IMG/VR virus record: IMGVR_UViG_3300005332_000008
Coordinates: 1 to 26,767 of that record
Source of the DNA: a virus
Taxonomy: Duplodnaviria; Caudoviricetes
Direction: 5' to 3' (one strand)
Length of the DNA stretch: 26,767 bases
The position numbers and the translations under genes are program-made. Positions 25,024 through 26,767 of the stretch are shown here, in pieces. Within the stretch, counting starts at the first letter, position 1, and every line of letters begins with the position of its first letter. The notes under the pieces are model-generated. The model did no database searches, had not been told where the DNA came from, and was given only the letters and a program-made list of their open reading frames with translations.

Positions 25024-25364
25024 GCGTTAAGGACTGGGGCGTGATCGCGACCTTCTCGAACGGCGAGACGCGGCACTTCCCGGGCAAGAGCGGGCTCGCC
25101 GATGCGATCGCGTTCGCCGATCGCAACGAGACGAAGGTCTGCACGTTTTCGACGCCCGAGACGATCCTGCGCGACTTGCAGCACGACCGGGCGCGCGAGC
25201 CCGCCGCGGTCGGGACGAAGTACCTGCGCCACGGCGATCTCCTGCCTTACGACTCGCCCGAGGAACGGATGCTGCGTGCGGCGCGGCGGCTCGACCTCTT
25301 CGAGCGGCCCATGCCGCGGCGCCGCTGGTGGCCGCTGCGGCGGGCGAAGAGGCGGCAGGCATGA
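25020..25364 (+). CDS. Hypothetical protein, 114 aa
   Basis: ATGA overlaps both sides. Confidence 0.65.
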   Translation: MSVKDWGVIATFSNGETRHFPGKSGLADAIAFADRNETKVCTFSTPETILRDLQHDRAREPAAVGTKYLRHGDLLPYDSPEERMLRAARRLDLFERPMPRRRWWPLRRAKRRQA

Positions 25365-25597
25365 GCACGAGCTGCCACTGCGAGAAGCCGCTGCTCGACC
25401 TCGACGGGCCCGAGCGCTGCCGCCGCTGCGGGCGCCTGGTCGACGACGACCTCGACGAATGGCTCGGCCCGTGCAGCCGCTGCGGCGAGTGGTTCTCCGA
25501 TCACCCGTCCGGCTGGTGTCCCGATCAGATCGGGCTCGACGGGATGATCGACGTCGAGAGTGCGCACTCGTTCGAGGTGCGCGAGGAGGTGCAGTGA
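25361..25597 (+). CDS. Cys-rich Zn-finger-like protein
   Basis: CHC, CRRC, CSRC...H...C. Confidence 0.65.
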   Translation: MSTSCHCEKPLLDLDGPERCRRCGRLVDDDLDEWLGPCSRCGEWFSDHPSGWCPDQIGLDGMIDVESAHSFEVREEVQ

Positions 25598-26343
25598 GCC
25601 TCAGCCGCCGCGGCCATTCCTACGCGATTGACGGCGTGAAGGTGCCGAGCGTGACGAAGCTGCTCGGCGAGGGCTATCCGAAGCCGCAGCTCGTCGACTG
25701 GGCCGCACGGGAGTCCGGCGACTTCGTGCTCAATCGCTGGGAGGAGCTGGCCGCGATGCAGCCGAGCGAGCGCTACGAAGCCGTGCGCGGCGCGCGCTTC
25801 TCGAAGCAGCGCGAGGCCGCAGTGCGCGGGACCCAGGTCCACGAATACGCGCAGCGCCTCTCGCGCGGCGAGACGATCGACGTGCCCGAACCGCTCGATC
25901 CGTACGTCGAGACCTATCTCAGCTTCGCCGCGCAGTGGGAACCGCGCGAGATCATGGTCGAGCAGGCGGTTTTTTCGCGTCGCTACGGCTACGGCGGCAC
26001 CTTCGACCTGATCGCCGATCTCTGCGACGGCGCGCGCTGGCTGCTCGACTGGAAAACGACCGGCAAGGGCGTCTACCCCGAGGCCGTCCTACAGCTCGCG
26101 GCCTACCGCTACGCCGAGGTGGCGCTCGGGCCCGAGGGCGAGGAGCTGCCCGTGCCCGCCGTGCAGCGCGTCGGCATCGTCTGGCTCAGAGGCGACGGCT
26201 ACGACCTCGTTCCGATCGAGGCCGATGAGAGCGCCTTCCGAGTTTTTCTCTACGCCGCCGAGGTCGCTCGCTTCCGCAGTGCGGAGCGTGACGACTGGAT
26301 CGGCGACGCCCTCATCCCACCGCAGAAGGAGAGGAGTGCGTGA
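25594..26343 (+). CDS. PD-(D/E)XK exonuclease, Cas4/RecB-like
   Basis: VPSVT, RGTQVH, YGGTFDL, LDWKT, QLAAY. Confidence 0.88.
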   Translation: MSLSRRGHSYAIDGVKVPSVTKLLGEGYPKPQLVDWAARESGDFVLNRWEELAAMQPSERYEAVRGARFSKQREAAVRGTQVHEYAQRLSRGETIDVPEPLDPYVETYLSFAAQWEPREIMVEQAVFSRRYGYGGTFDLIADLCDGARWLLDWKTTGKGVYPEAVLQLAAYRYAEVALGPEGEELPVPAVQRVGIVWLRGDGYDLVPIEADESAFRVFLYAAEVARFRSAERDDWIGDALIPPQKERSA

Positions 26344-26767
26344 GCATAGTTCCGTACGCGAGCGAGCCGCCTGCTTTTACTGCCGACTGGCTGCTCGATC
26401 CCGCAGAGATCGCGAGCCGCATCGGCGGGACGGACTTCGTCCCGCGCGGCCTGCGCGACAACCCGGCAGCGATCACCGCCGCGCTCTTGTACGGGCAGGA
26501 GATCGGTCTCGGGCGCATGAGCAGCCTCGCGACCATCGCCGTCATAGACGGGCGCCCGGCGCTCTCCAGTGAGGCGCAGAGGGCACTCATCCTCGCGGCG
26601 GGCCATGAGGTTTGGTTCGAGGAGTCGACGGCCAGCCGCTGCATCGCCTGCGGTCGCCGCCGCGGCTCGGATCAGGTCTCGCGCGTGACGTGGACGCTCG
26701 ACGACGCGCGCAGAGCGGGGCTCGAAGGGCGCGCGAACTGGCGCCGCTACCCGCGGCAGATGCTGCT
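26340..26767 (+). CDS. RecT-like single-strand annealing protein, N-terminal part (3' partial)
   Basis: Own translation: TDFVPRGLRDNP...GQEIGLG...IAVIDGRP...WTLDDARRAGL...NWRRYPRQML; follows the exonuclease. Confidence 0.8.
   Translation, partial: MSIVPYASEPPAFTADWLLDPAEIASRIGGTDFVPRGLRDNPAAITAALLYGQEIGLGRMSSLATIAVIDGRPALSSEAQRALILAAGHEVWFEESTASRCIACGRRRGSDQVSRVTWTLDDARRAGLEGRANWRRYPRQML

Larger units (their letters stand above)
1..26767. mobile_element. Near-complete temperate siphophage genome (HK97-like head), circularly permuted
   Basis: Head, tail, lysis, integration and replication/recombination modules all present; no host genes; both ends fall inside what looks like one RecT-like gene. 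Confidence 0.95.

Noticed and set aside
662-26644. Many long alternative-frame or antisense ORFs (e.g. 662-1555, 7577-8416, 13801-14769, 15130-16056)
   Set aside because: Arg/Ala/Ser-rich shadows of real genes, expected in very GC-rich DNA; no motifs.
26755-26767. Exact circular closure with base 1
   Set aside because: No terminal overlap seen, and the direct join shifts the RecT-like frame.

Overview
The window looks like a near-complete, circularly permuted genome (~26.8 kb, very GC-rich) of a small temperate HK97-type siphophage. The host is probably actinobacterial; Thermoleophilia/Gaiellales is my inference only. A RecT-like gene is split between the two ends. Plus-strand modules: AAA_25 ATPase/helicase, origin-like palindrome, RusA, SPPY DNA methyltransferase, HNH; portal, prohead protease, capsid, connector, tail, tape measure, baseplate/fibre; amidase lysis cassette; two Xis-like genes, tyrosine integrase, HExxH protease, attP-like region; membrane-anchored SLT/Rpf-like enzyme, Cas4/RecB-like exonuclease, RecT-like SSAP. 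The most unusual part is packaging. The large terminase is on the minus strand, head-to-head with the portal only 21 bp away. No small terminase is recognisable, and the TerL P-loop arginine and most nuclease aspartates appear substituted. Also notable: a coupled very basic/very acidic protein pair, a repeated hairpin leader before the capsid gene, a uORF coupled to an H-to-Q integrase, no obvious repressor, and strong avoidance of several restriction sites. All calls come from reading motifs by eye; no searches were run.
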